Source of the DNA: an uncultured delta proteobacterium
GTDB lineage: Bacteria; Myxococcota_A; Polyangia; Polyangiales; Polyangiaceae
Assembly: GCA_963850305.1 (NCBI GenBank)
Contig: CAWKKR010000004.1
Span: forward strand, 566,510 to 630,509
Length of the DNA stretch: 64,000 nt
Direction of reading: 5' to 3'
Shown: in pieces, positions 1 to 7,910 of the stretch
Layout of the letters: the number at the start of each line of letters is the position of its first letter
Numbering within the stretch: position 1 is the stretch's first letter
Program-made: the position numbers and the translations under genes
Notes under the pieces: generated by a model
Seen by the model: only the letters and a program-made list of their open reading frames with translations
Told to the model about the DNA's origin: nothing
The model's database searches: none

Positions 1-1271
1 GGAGCCAATCGACGACATCGAGACCGGTTCGGTCGATGCGATCCTCGATCGGATCGGGGACGCGCGGGTCGTCCTGCTCGGCGAGGCGACCCACGGCACG
101 AGCGAGTTTTACCGGATGAGGGCGCGCCTCTCACGGGAGCTCATCCTGCGACGCGGGTTTCAGTTCGTCGCCGTCGAGGCCGACTGGCCCGACGCCGCTC
201 GCATCGACGACTACGTTCTCGGCGGCGAGCGTCGATTCGAAGCTAGAATTCACTCCGTTCGCTCGATTCCCCACCTGGATGTGGCGCAACCAAGAGGTGC
301 ATGCGTTCGTCGAATGGCTCCGCGCGTACAACGCCGAGCAGGGCCGGCACGCGGGCTTCCACGGGCTCGACCTCTACAGCCTCTTCACGTCGATCGCGGC
401 GGTCCTCACTTACCTGAACGAGGTCGACCCCGACGCCGCGAAGGTCGCGCGTCACCGCTACGGCGCGCTGACGCCCTGGCAGAAGGATCCAGCCGCTTAT
501 GGTCGGGCGGTCCTCGCCGGGCGTTACGAGAGCTCCGAGCTGGAGGTCGTGGCGATGCTTCGCGATCTGCTCGAGCGCCGGATGGACTATGCCGCTCGCG
601 ACGGCGAACGGTTCTTCGATGCGGCGCAGAACGCGCGGCTCGTCGCGGATGCGGAGCGCTATTACCGGGCGATGTACTACGGTGCGGCGGCTTCCTGGAA
701 CCTGCGCGATGCACACATGTTCGAGACGTTGCAGTCGTTACTCGGGTTTTACGGTCCGGAATCCAAGGGGATCGTCTGGGAGCACAACTCGCACGTGGGC
801 GACGCGACGGCCACCGAGATGAGCGCGCGCGGCGAGCACAACGTCGGGCAGCTCTGCAGGGTGGCATTCGGCGAACGGGTCCAAATCATCGGCTTCGGGA
901 CAGACCACGGCACCGTCGCGGCGGCTTCCGACTGGGACGAACCGATGGAGCGCATGCGCGTCTTGCCGGCCCGGAACGGAAGCTACGAGCGCATCTTCCA
1001 CGAAAGCGCGGTGCCGGCATTCGCCCTTCCCTTGCGAAGACCGGCGCGCCGCGCGGTACGCGACGAGCTGATGCCGTCCCTCCTCGAACGCGCCATCGGC
1101 GTCGTATATCGACCGCAGACGGAGCTGCAGAGCCACTACTTTTCCGCGAGCCTCCCGCGCCAGTTCGACGAATACATCTGGTTCGACGAAACGCGCGCGG
1201 TGAGTCCCCTCGGCGAGTTGCGCCGTCCGCCGAGCGGCGAGTTACCCGACACGTACCCGTTCGGCCTGTGA
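1..1271 (+). CDS. Erythromycin esterase (EreA/B-like) family protein, 5'-partial, with one apparent frameshift near 240-260
   Basis: VVLLGEATHGTSEFY and VAVEADWPDA in the first frame, then WMWRN, GFHGLDLYS, WNLRDAHM, VWEHNSHVGDA, ERAIGVVYRP and QFDEYIWFDET in ORF 279..1271. Confidence 0.85.
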
Positions 1272-1273
1272 AG

Positions 1274-1347
1274 CGCGCCACGCAGGAGTCGAACCTGCGA
1301 CCTACGGCTCCGGAGGCCGTCGCTCTATCCAGCTGAGCTAGTGGCGC
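1274..1347 (-). tRNA. tRNA-Arg(CCG), CCA end not encoded
   Basis: Reverse complement GCGCCACTAGCTCAGCTGGATAGAGCGACGGCCTCCGGAGCCGTAGGTCGCAGGTTCGACTCCTGCGTGGCGCG: 7-bp acceptor stem, D loop, anticodon loop CT-CCG-GA, T loop GGTTCGACTCC. Confidence 0.95.
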
Positions 1348-1408
1348 TTGATGAGAGCGGGGTTTGTCGCACGGTCGGCGAGGTCGGGCAAGGGGCGCGG
1401 GACGAGCG

Positions 1409-1759
1409 TCATTCGTAACGGAATGCGAGGAGGAGTTCGACGAGCGCGGGGAGCGCGGCAACGCCCTTCGTCGCGTGGTTGAAGGCGAGCCCCGCTATCT
1501 GGTTCCCGGCAGGCGCCAGCCGAACCCAGGCCACCGTCGCCGGCACGACGAGGGGGTCCCAGAGGTTCGGCGCGGTCACCTCCAGCGTAACGAGGTGGCC
1601 CGCGCCGAACGACGGTGCCGCGGGCACCTCGATGCAGGCCCCACCAAGGCCAAGGTTGACGAGGCGCGCAGGCCTCGGACCCTGGGCCTGCGTCGCGATG
1701 GTGACCGGAAGATTGATGACCCGACGGGCAAAGGCCCGAAAATGCCGCGGCGCCGCCAT
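1409..1759 (-). CDS. Single PilZ-domain protein (putative c-di-GMP receptor)
   Basis: RxxxR (RAFAR) followed by NLGLGG, and beta-barrel pattern ATVAWVR...AGLAF. Confidence 0.75.
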   Translation of the reverse strand: MAAPRHFRAFARRVINLPVTIATQAQGPRPARLVNLGLGGACIEVPAAPSFGAGHLVTLEVTAPNLWDPLVVPATVAWVRLAPAGNQIAGLAFNHATKGVAALPALVELLLAFRYE

Positions 1760-1773
1760 TTCCGGGAACGCTA

Positions 1774-1799
1774 CCACCGGGGCCACCGGGGCCACCGGG
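1774..1799. repeat. 9-bp tandem repeat (CCACCGGGG) x about 3
   Basis: ccaccgggg ccaccgggg ccaccggg, between the divergent PilZ genes. Confidence 0.8.
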
Positions 1800-1950
1800 A
1801 AAGGAGCGCCGGGAGCCGGAGGCGACGGTAAAGTCTCGAATAAGGATGGCCGCGCGCCAGTTTACTTGGGTATCCGGGGGCTCGTAGCTACGATATGTTG
1901 TCGGTTTCCCTGGCGTGCTTTCACAGGCGCCCGTCGCTCAAGGGCCGAGA

Positions 1951-3441
1951 ATGATCCCAGAAACTCGAAAAGATCCTCGTGCCAAGGTGCTGTCAATGAC
2001 GGTGCGCTACAAGAGCGCCAACGTCGATGAGTTCATCGAGCACCACTCGCACGACGTCAGCCGCGGCGGCATGTTCATCAAGACGCCGACCCCGTTCCCA
2101 GCCGGCACGTTGCTGAAGTTCGAGGTCCGCATCGCCGAGGAGCAAAAGGTGATGCAGGGCGTCGGCCGCGTCGTGTGGAAGCGGGAATCGACGACCGGGT
2201 CGGAATCGCCTTCGGGGATGGGCGTGAAGTTCATCAAGCTCGACGACGACTCGAAGCACATCATCGATCGCCTCGTCGGGTCCCGAGGCGAGAAAGAGGG
2301 AACGTTCGATGCGGGCGAGCGCGCAGCCAGCACGGCGGCTCCGGCGCCGACCCCCGCGCCTGCACCCGCACCAACGCCCGCCGAGTCCAAGCCGATCCCG
2401 ATGCGCAAGGGAACGATGATTGGACTCGGTGCCGTGAAGGTACCGGAGACACCCGCAGCGACTCCAGCGACGGCGGCGACCCCGTCCGGCGGTTTCTTTC
2501 CGAACAGCGCCCCGGCGGAGCAACCCGCACCGGAGGACCGGACCGTGATGCGGCAGGCGGCGGAGCTCCTTCGCGAGGCGCTCCGCGAGGCCGGCAGCTC
2601 GATGGAGGAAATCGGAGCGACCGGCGCTGCACCGATCGTGACGGCGCCTGCCGTGGAAACACCGCCCGGCGCCATCGCGAAGATTGCGTCGCCGTCGCCG
2701 CCCGACGTGGCGCCCGCGAAAGTGAAGTCCACGCCGCCCGCCGCGGCGGAGGCGCCGGCAGCGCTGAATGCTCCGGTCCAGCGGGCGGCGAGCGAGCGGC
2801 CGGTAGCCTCCAGCCCCCCGCCACGCTCCGAACCACCCGTGGAATCGATTCGAGTGCCCAAGAAGGGCATGGGACCGGTGCTGTGGGTGGTGCTCGGCGC
2901 TGCCGCGGTCGCCGGCGGGATCTTCTACTTCTCGCAGCCGAACAAGTCCGACGAAACCGCGCCGACGGCAGCGACGACGACGGTGACGCCCGCAACGGCG
3001 GTCACGCCGGCGGCACCGACGGTAACTGCGCCGCCCGCGGCCAGTGCTGCGGCCAGTGCCGAACCTGCCGCGAGCGCCGAGGCAACGGCCAGCGCGGCGC
3101 CGATCGCATCCGCGGCACCGCCGGAGTCCGCGGCTCAAAAGGCTGCAGACGCAAAGGCCGAGGTCGAGGCCAAGAAGGCCGAAATGGCCGCCGCCAAGGA
3201 AGCTGCAGCCGACGAAAGAAAGGCCGCAGCGGAGGCGAAGAAGGCCGCGGCAGAGCAGGCCGCACAGGACCGGAAAGCGGCTCAGGAAGCGGCTCGGGCC
3301 GCCGCGGCGGCTCGCGCGGCGGCTGTCATGAAAGCGCCCGCGCCGGAGAACGCGGCACCGCCGGCACCGCGGCCGGTCGCGCCGAAAGCTCCCGTCGCTC
3401 CAAAGCCTGCCCCGAAGCCAGCCGACGACAATCCATACTGA
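1951..3441 (+). CDS. Myxobacterial TIGR02266-type PilZ protein with Pro/Ala linker, one TM helix and Ala/Lys-rich periplasmic tail
   Basis: RKDPR...VRYKSANVDEFIEHHSHDVSRGGMFIKT...GRVVW...GMGVKF; TM VLWVVLGAAAVAGGIFYF; C-terminal DDNPY. Confidence 0.8.
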   Translation: MIPETRKDPRAKVLSMTVRYKSANVDEFIEHHSHDVSRGGMFIKTPTPFPAGTLLKFEVRIAEEQKVMQGVGRVVWKRESTTGSESPSGMGVKFIKLDDDSKHIIDRLVGSRGEKEGTFDAGERAASTAAPAPTPAPAPAPTPAESKPIPMRKGTMIGLGAVKVPETPAATPATAATPSGGFFPNSAPAEQPAPEDRTVMRQAAELLREALREAGSSMEEIGATGAAPIVTAPAVETPPGAIAKIASPSPPDVAPAKVKSTPPAAAEAPAALNAPVQRAASERPVASSPPPRSEPPVESIRVPKKGMGPVLWVVLGAAAVAGGIFYFSQPNKSDETAPTAATTTVTPATAVTPAAPTVTAPPAASAAASAEPAASAEATASAAPIASAAPPESAAQKAADAKAEVEAKKAEMAAAKEAAADERKAAAEAKKAAAEQAAQDRKAAQEAARAAAAARAAAVMKAPAPENAAPPAPRPVAPKAPVAPKPAPKPADDNPY

Positions 3442-3462
3442 CGCGCTAGGTAGAGGCGGCTG

Positions 3463-5142
3463 ATGCCCGATAGCCCCGACTCGATGGCACTGCGGGAGGG
3501 ACGAGGGGATTCGCGCATCGGCATGCTTCTCTCGGAGCGATATCGAATCGACGCGCTCGTCGATCGCGGCGCGATGGGCTCCGTGTACGCGGCCGAACAC
3601 GTGCTCATGCACAAGCGCGTCGCGATCAAGGTGTTGCACCGCGAGCTGACGATGGTGCCGGAGTTCGTGGCGCGGTTCGAGCGAGAGGCGCGAGCGGCAG
3701 CGAACATCGACAGCGATCACGTCGTCGCGGCGACGGATTTCGGGAAGCTACCGGACGGTGCCGTGTTCCTGGTGCTCGAGTTCATCGAGGGAAAGAATCT
3801 GCGCGACGAGATGACTGCCGGACTCATGCCGGTCGCGCGCGTGCTTCACATCGGGCGCCAGATTGCCGTCGCCCTCGGGGCGGCACACGCCCTTCGAATC
3901 GTGCACCGGGACCTCAAGCCGGAGAACGTGATGCTCGTCGAGAAGGGCGGCGATGCGGACTTCGTCAAGGTGCTCGACTTCGGGATCGCGAAGGTTCCGA
4001 TCGGAGAGATTGACCTGAGTGACGGGCTCACCAGAAAGCCAATCACCAAGGCCGGCATGGTGTTCGGGACGCCGGAGTACATGCCCCCGGAGCAAGCGCT
4101 CGGACAGGACGTCGACAGGACAGCGGACCTGTACTCGCTCGGAGTGATGCTCTTCGAAATGCTCGCCGGATGCCGGCCGTTCGTCGCGCGAAGTCAGGTC
4201 GGCGTGCTGGGACAGCAGCTCTCAACGGACGCGCCGAAGATCGCGGAGCGTGCGCCCGGAGTCGTCGTACCGCCACGCGTCGAGCGGCTGATCCAGAGGC
4301 TCTTGGCGCGCGAAGCCTCCGAGCGACCGCCGAAAGCCGAAGACGTCGCGGCCGAGATCGACGCGCTGCTCGGCATCGACCCGGGCCGTCTGCGCATTCC
4401 GACGTTGCAGCTGGGGACGGGAACGACGCGCCCGTCGAGCCTCGACGAGGACGGCTTCCCCACGCGCAAGATGTCGACTTCGATTCCGCCCGCGCCCCTG
4501 ACGCGATTGAGCCACCTCGTCGACGCGAGGCGCCGGCTGCTCCCGGCAGCATTACGCGGTTGGCCTGCGCCCGTGCTCGTCAGCGTGCCACTGGGCGTCG
4601 CGGGATTCTTGCTCGGATTTGCGATCACGAGGATGCTGTCCACGAGACACCCGACCGTCGTTCTGGCGCCAGTCACAATCTCGAGCGCAGCGGTATCGAT
4701 GGGCTCGCCCGCGCGGGCGGTGGAGCCGGCCGCAGTGGTACCGCCGACCGCGACGAAGCCGACCGCGGCGGAGCTGGGGGAAGCGTCCTCGAAAGGCTCG
4801 ACCGCCCTTACCGCCCTCGAGCTGAAGTATCCGAACGATGCGTCCGTCCGAGTCGCGCTCGTCGGCGCCCGGTTGAAGGAGAAGGATCCCGGCGCGGCGG
4901 TCCAGGCACTCGCCGAGGCGCTCGCGCTCGACCCCGATCTCGACGGCGATGCACGAGTTGCGAGCGCACTCTGGGTTCTCGTGCAGAACAGAAAAAGCTC
5001 GCCGCGCGCGTTCGAGCTCCTCGAAGGCCCGATGGGCGAGCGCGGCCAATCCATCCTAAACGACCTCGTGACGACCCGAGCCGTGCGGGCAGGCGTGCGC
5101 GCGCGAGCCAAGCGCGCCCTGGCATCGCTGAATAACCGCTGA
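3463..5142 (+). CDS. Membrane Ser/Thr protein kinase with C-terminal helical (TPR-like) region
   Basis: GAMGSVY, VAIK, HRDLKPEN, DFG, GTPEYMPPE, DLYSLG; TM VPLGVAGFLLGFAI. Confidence 0.92.
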   Translation: MPDSPDSMALREGRGDSRIGMLLSERYRIDALVDRGAMGSVYAAEHVLMHKRVAIKVLHRELTMVPEFVARFEREARAAANIDSDHVVAATDFGKLPDGAVFLVLEFIEGKNLRDEMTAGLMPVARVLHIGRQIAVALGAAHALRIVHRDLKPENVMLVEKGGDADFVKVLDFGIAKVPIGEIDLSDGLTRKPITKAGMVFGTPEYMPPEQALGQDVDRTADLYSLGVMLFEMLAGCRPFVARSQVGVLGQQLSTDAPKIAERAPGVVVPPRVERLIQRLLAREASERPPKAEDVAAEIDALLGIDPGRLRIPTLQLGTGTTRPSSLDEDGFPTRKMSTSIPPAPLTRLSHLVDARRRLLPAALRGWPAPVLVSVPLGVAGFLLGFAITRMLSTRHPTVVLAPVTISSAAVSMGSPARAVEPAAVVPPTATKPTAAELGEASSKGSTALTALELKYPNDASVRVALVGARLKEKDPGAAVQALAEALALDPDLDGDARVASALWVLVQNRKSSPRAFELLEGPMGERGQSILNDLVTTRAVRAGVRARAKRALASLNNR

Positions 5143-5177
5143 AAAAAAACGCGGGGCCGACCGATGTCGACCCCGCG
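5142..5177 (-). terminator. Probable intrinsic terminator for the DsbA-like gene
   Basis: Stem cgcgggg/ccccgcg with an A8 run on + (U-tract on -), between convergent genes. Confidence 0.65.
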
Positions 5178-5216
5178 CTCAAGAGACTCGCTCCCCGGGG
5201 GGAGCCGAGCTCCTTC

Positions 5217-7160
5217 TTACTTCGCTTCCTTCAGGGCAAGCTTGATCAGCTTGTCGAACTGCTGGAACGGCTGTGCGCCGCTCACGAAGTAGCCGTTGAT
5301 CGTGAAGCCGGGCGTCCCGCGGATGCCGGCGGCATCCGCGATCTGCTTGTCCTTGTCGACTGCACCCTTGTTCGTGTGGTTATCGAGCGCCGCCTTGAAC
5401 TTCGCCATGTCGAGTCCGACGTCCTGCGCAATCTGCTCGAGCGCCGGCCGCTTGATGTCCGGCTGCTTCTCGAACAGCTCGTCGTGGAACTTCCAGAATG
5501 CGTCGTTGCCCTTCTGGACGAACGCTTCGTACGCCGCCTCCGCAGCGAGCGGCGCGTCCTGGTGGAAGTCGAGGGGCGTGTTGCGCCACACGATCTTCAC
5601 CTTGCCCGCGTACTCCTGCATGATCTGAGCGACGGTCGGTTCGACGCGCTTGCAGAATGGACACTGGAAGTCCGAGAACTGCTGGATGACGATCTTCGCG
5701 TTGGCCGGGCCCTTGAAGGGGTTGTCCTTGCCCGGCGCTGGAACGTCCTTCTTCTCGGGGGGAGGCGGGCCCTTCGCGTCCTTCATGATCTCGTCGTAGA
5801 CCTTCGCGCGGGGAACGCCCTTCGCAACGAGTCCCTTCGCGTGCGCGATCTCCTCGTCGATGAGCTTCTTGAAGTTCTCGAAGGGTTGCGCGCCCGAAAG
5901 CCTGCGCCCGTTGATGAAGAAGTGCGGCGTGCCGCGCGCGTTCAAGTCCATGGCGAGATCGGCACTGGCCGAGAACAGGTCCTTGTACTTGTCCGTGTCG
6001 ATCGCATTCTTCACCTGCGTCCAGTTGAGCCCGGCCGCCTCGGCGATCTTCTGGAGACCCGCGTCCTCGATGTCGCCGCTGGGATCGTACATGGCGTCAT
6101 GGACCTGCCAGAAAGCCTTGTCGCCCTTCGTCTCGTAGGCAAACCGCGCGAGCGTCGCCGCCGGCTTGGCTCGGTTGTGGAACGGAAGGGGGTTATCCTT
6201 CCATACGAACCGAACGTCCGCGGCGTACGTGTCGCGGATCTGCTTGAGCGTCGCTTCCGCGCGCTTGCAGAACGGGCACTGGAAGTCCGACCACTCCACG
6301 ATCGTGACGAGCGCGTCCGCAGGACCGCGCACGGGATCCTTCGGATCCACGGGCACCTTCCACACGGTCTTGTCGTCTTCCGCCGGAGCCTGCTGGGCCT
6401 TTTGCGCGGTCGGCGTCTCGGGCGCCTGGTAAAACTTCTTCGACAGTGCGACGTACAGATCGCTCGGCTTCGTGCCCTGCTTGAGCAGGGTCTGCGCCTC
6501 TTCGAGCTGCTGGTCGATCACTTTCTTGAAGTTCTCGAAGGGTTGCGCGCCGCTCACGGTGACGCCGTTGATGCGGAACGCTGGCGTGCCGTTCGCACCG
6601 ACCTTCGCCGCCAGGGCGATGTCCTGATCGACCTTGGCCGTGAACTTCTTCGACGCAAGAGCCGCCTTGAACTTGTTCACGTCGACGCCCGACGCGGCCG
6701 CCCACTTTTCGTAGTTCTCGTCCGTGAGGTTCTGTTGATTCGCGAAAGCGAGATCGTGGAACTTCCAGAACGCGTCGTTCCCACCGAGACCGAATACCGT
6801 CATCGCGGCATCGGCGGTCGGTCGCGCGTGGTTGTGGAACGGAAGGGGCTCGTTCTTCCACACGATGCGGACCTTGTCGGGCCCGTAGGTGTCGCGGATC
6901 TGCTTGATCGTCGGCTCGACGCGCGAGCAGAACGGGCATTGAAAGTCACTGATCTGGACGATCGTGACCGGCGCGGTTGCCTTTCCCCATTGCGGATCTT
7001 TGTCCGTCACGGGGACTGGAGAGTCGCTCTGATCGCCGCCAGCGGCGGTCGGCTCGGCGCCGATGTCGACGTTACCGTTTCGGTGGTCGACTCCATACAT
7101 GAATCCCATCCCCACTAAAAAGCAGAGAAAGAACCCAACTATTGCGGTTCCCTTGTTCAT
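5217..7160 (-). CDS. Membrane-anchored protein with three tandem DsbA-like thioredoxin domains
   Basis: N-terminal TM, then 3x SDFQCPFC and 3x GTP cis-Pro loop (GTPAF, GTPHF, GTPGF), each followed by SGAQPF. Confidence 0.92.
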   Translation of the reverse strand: MNKGTAIVGFFLCFLVGMGFMYGVDHRNGNVDIGAEPTAAGGDQSDSPVPVTDKDPQWGKATAPVTIVQISDFQCPFCSRVEPTIKQIRDTYGPDKVRIVWKNEPLPFHNHARPTADAAMTVFGLGGNDAFWKFHDLAFANQQNLTDENYEKWAAASGVDVNKFKAALASKKFTAKVDQDIALAAKVGANGTPAFRINGVTVSGAQPFENFKKVIDQQLEEAQTLLKQGTKPSDLYVALSKKFYQAPETPTAQKAQQAPAEDDKTVWKVPVDPKDPVRGPADALVTIVEWSDFQCPFCKRAEATLKQIRDTYAADVRFVWKDNPLPFHNRAKPAATLARFAYETKGDKAFWQVHDAMYDPSGDIEDAGLQKIAEAAGLNWTQVKNAIDTDKYKDLFSASADLAMDLNARGTPHFFINGRRLSGAQPFENFKKLIDEEIAHAKGLVAKGVPRAKVYDEIMKDAKGPPPPEKKDVPAPGKDNPFKGPANAKIVIQQFSDFQCPFCKRVEPTVAQIMQEYAGKVKIVWRNTPLDFHQDAPLAAEAAYEAFVQKGNDAFWKFHDELFEKQPDIKRPALEQIAQDVGLDMAKFKAALDNHTNKGAVDKDKQIADAAGIRGTPGFTINGYFVSGAQPFQQFDKLIKLALKEAK

Positions 7161-7349
7161 CTTGTTCTCCCTGAATGGTCCCTCTTGGACCCGAATGTAT
7201 CTCGCAGAAATTCCGTGACTTCGGCAGCGCGCCCCGGGGCGCGCGCCTGACGAAACTCGCGCGGAGTTCCGTCGATTTCGATGGCTGAAGACCTGGACGG
7301 GCGCCAAGCGGTTGCGCGACGCCGTTCCCTTCCACTCCGCCGCGAACGC

Positions 7350-7763
7350 TCAGCCCCGCGGAGGGCGATAAATGGAAACAGCGTGTCCAGGCGGCAGCAG
7401 CATTCTCATCGCTACCGCCGCAGGCAGGAGGCGCCCCTTTGGCGCAGGCAGCCCGAGCGAAACCGCGAGGATTCGCTTCGGAGGATCGTTCGAAGCGACA
7501 TCGGGCGAGTCATGCCGAGGCGGTCCCGGGTCGACCCACCGGTGACCCGGTTCATCACAGGGCTTTGGATTCGTCAGGCTCCCGGTCATATTCGGAAGAG
7601 CTGGGACGGGCGCCACCACCGAGGCTCCGCTCGGGTCGCACATCGGCGCAGCGGCGAACGCCCGCGGCGCAAAGAGCGCTATGACCACGGCGAGCAGCAC
7701 GGAAATCCCGTGGGCTTGGGGAGCGCGGAAAGGGCGCGGCCGGACGGCGCGAGTGGAAACCAT
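7350..7763 (-). CDS. Small secreted Pro-rich protein with two Cys and C-terminal IYRPPRG (candidate leader/arrest peptide)
   Basis: Signal peptide ending AFA|AAPMCD; ends PGHAVSIYRPPRG-stop; co-oriented, about 190 bp upstream of the DsbA gene. Confidence 0.6.
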   Translation of the reverse strand: MVSTRAVRPRPFRAPQAHGISVLLAVVIALFAPRAFAAAPMCDPSGASVVAPVPALPNMTGSLTNPKPCDEPGHRWVDPGPPRHDSPDVASNDPPKRILAVSLGLPAPKGRLLPAAVAMRMLLPPGHAVSIYRPPRG

Positions 7764-7910
7764 GGTGTCGCTGAAAGTCGATGCCGGTTTAGAACCAATT
7801 GGGAGGCGGGGCAATTCCCACGAGTCGGCTCGGTTTCGTGCCTGCCGGCGCCGGTTCGCTGGCCCGTCCGATTAGTTGGCCACAGTTGCCTACATTGGCA
7901 CCATGCCACC

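Noticed and set aside
1..1271. Macrolide resistance gene
   Set aside because: Ere-family homologs are widespread and mostly not shown to hydrolyse erythromycin, and there is no mobile context.
1274..1347. tRNA-Arg as an island integration site
   Set aside because: No integrase and no duplicated tRNA 3' end in the window. Sequence to the left of the window is unseen.
2330..3420. Repetitive Pro/Ala/Lys stretches as a repeat array or CRISPR
   Set aside because: Low-complexity coding linker with no constant repeat-spacer structure. No CRISPR array or cas gene was seen in the window.
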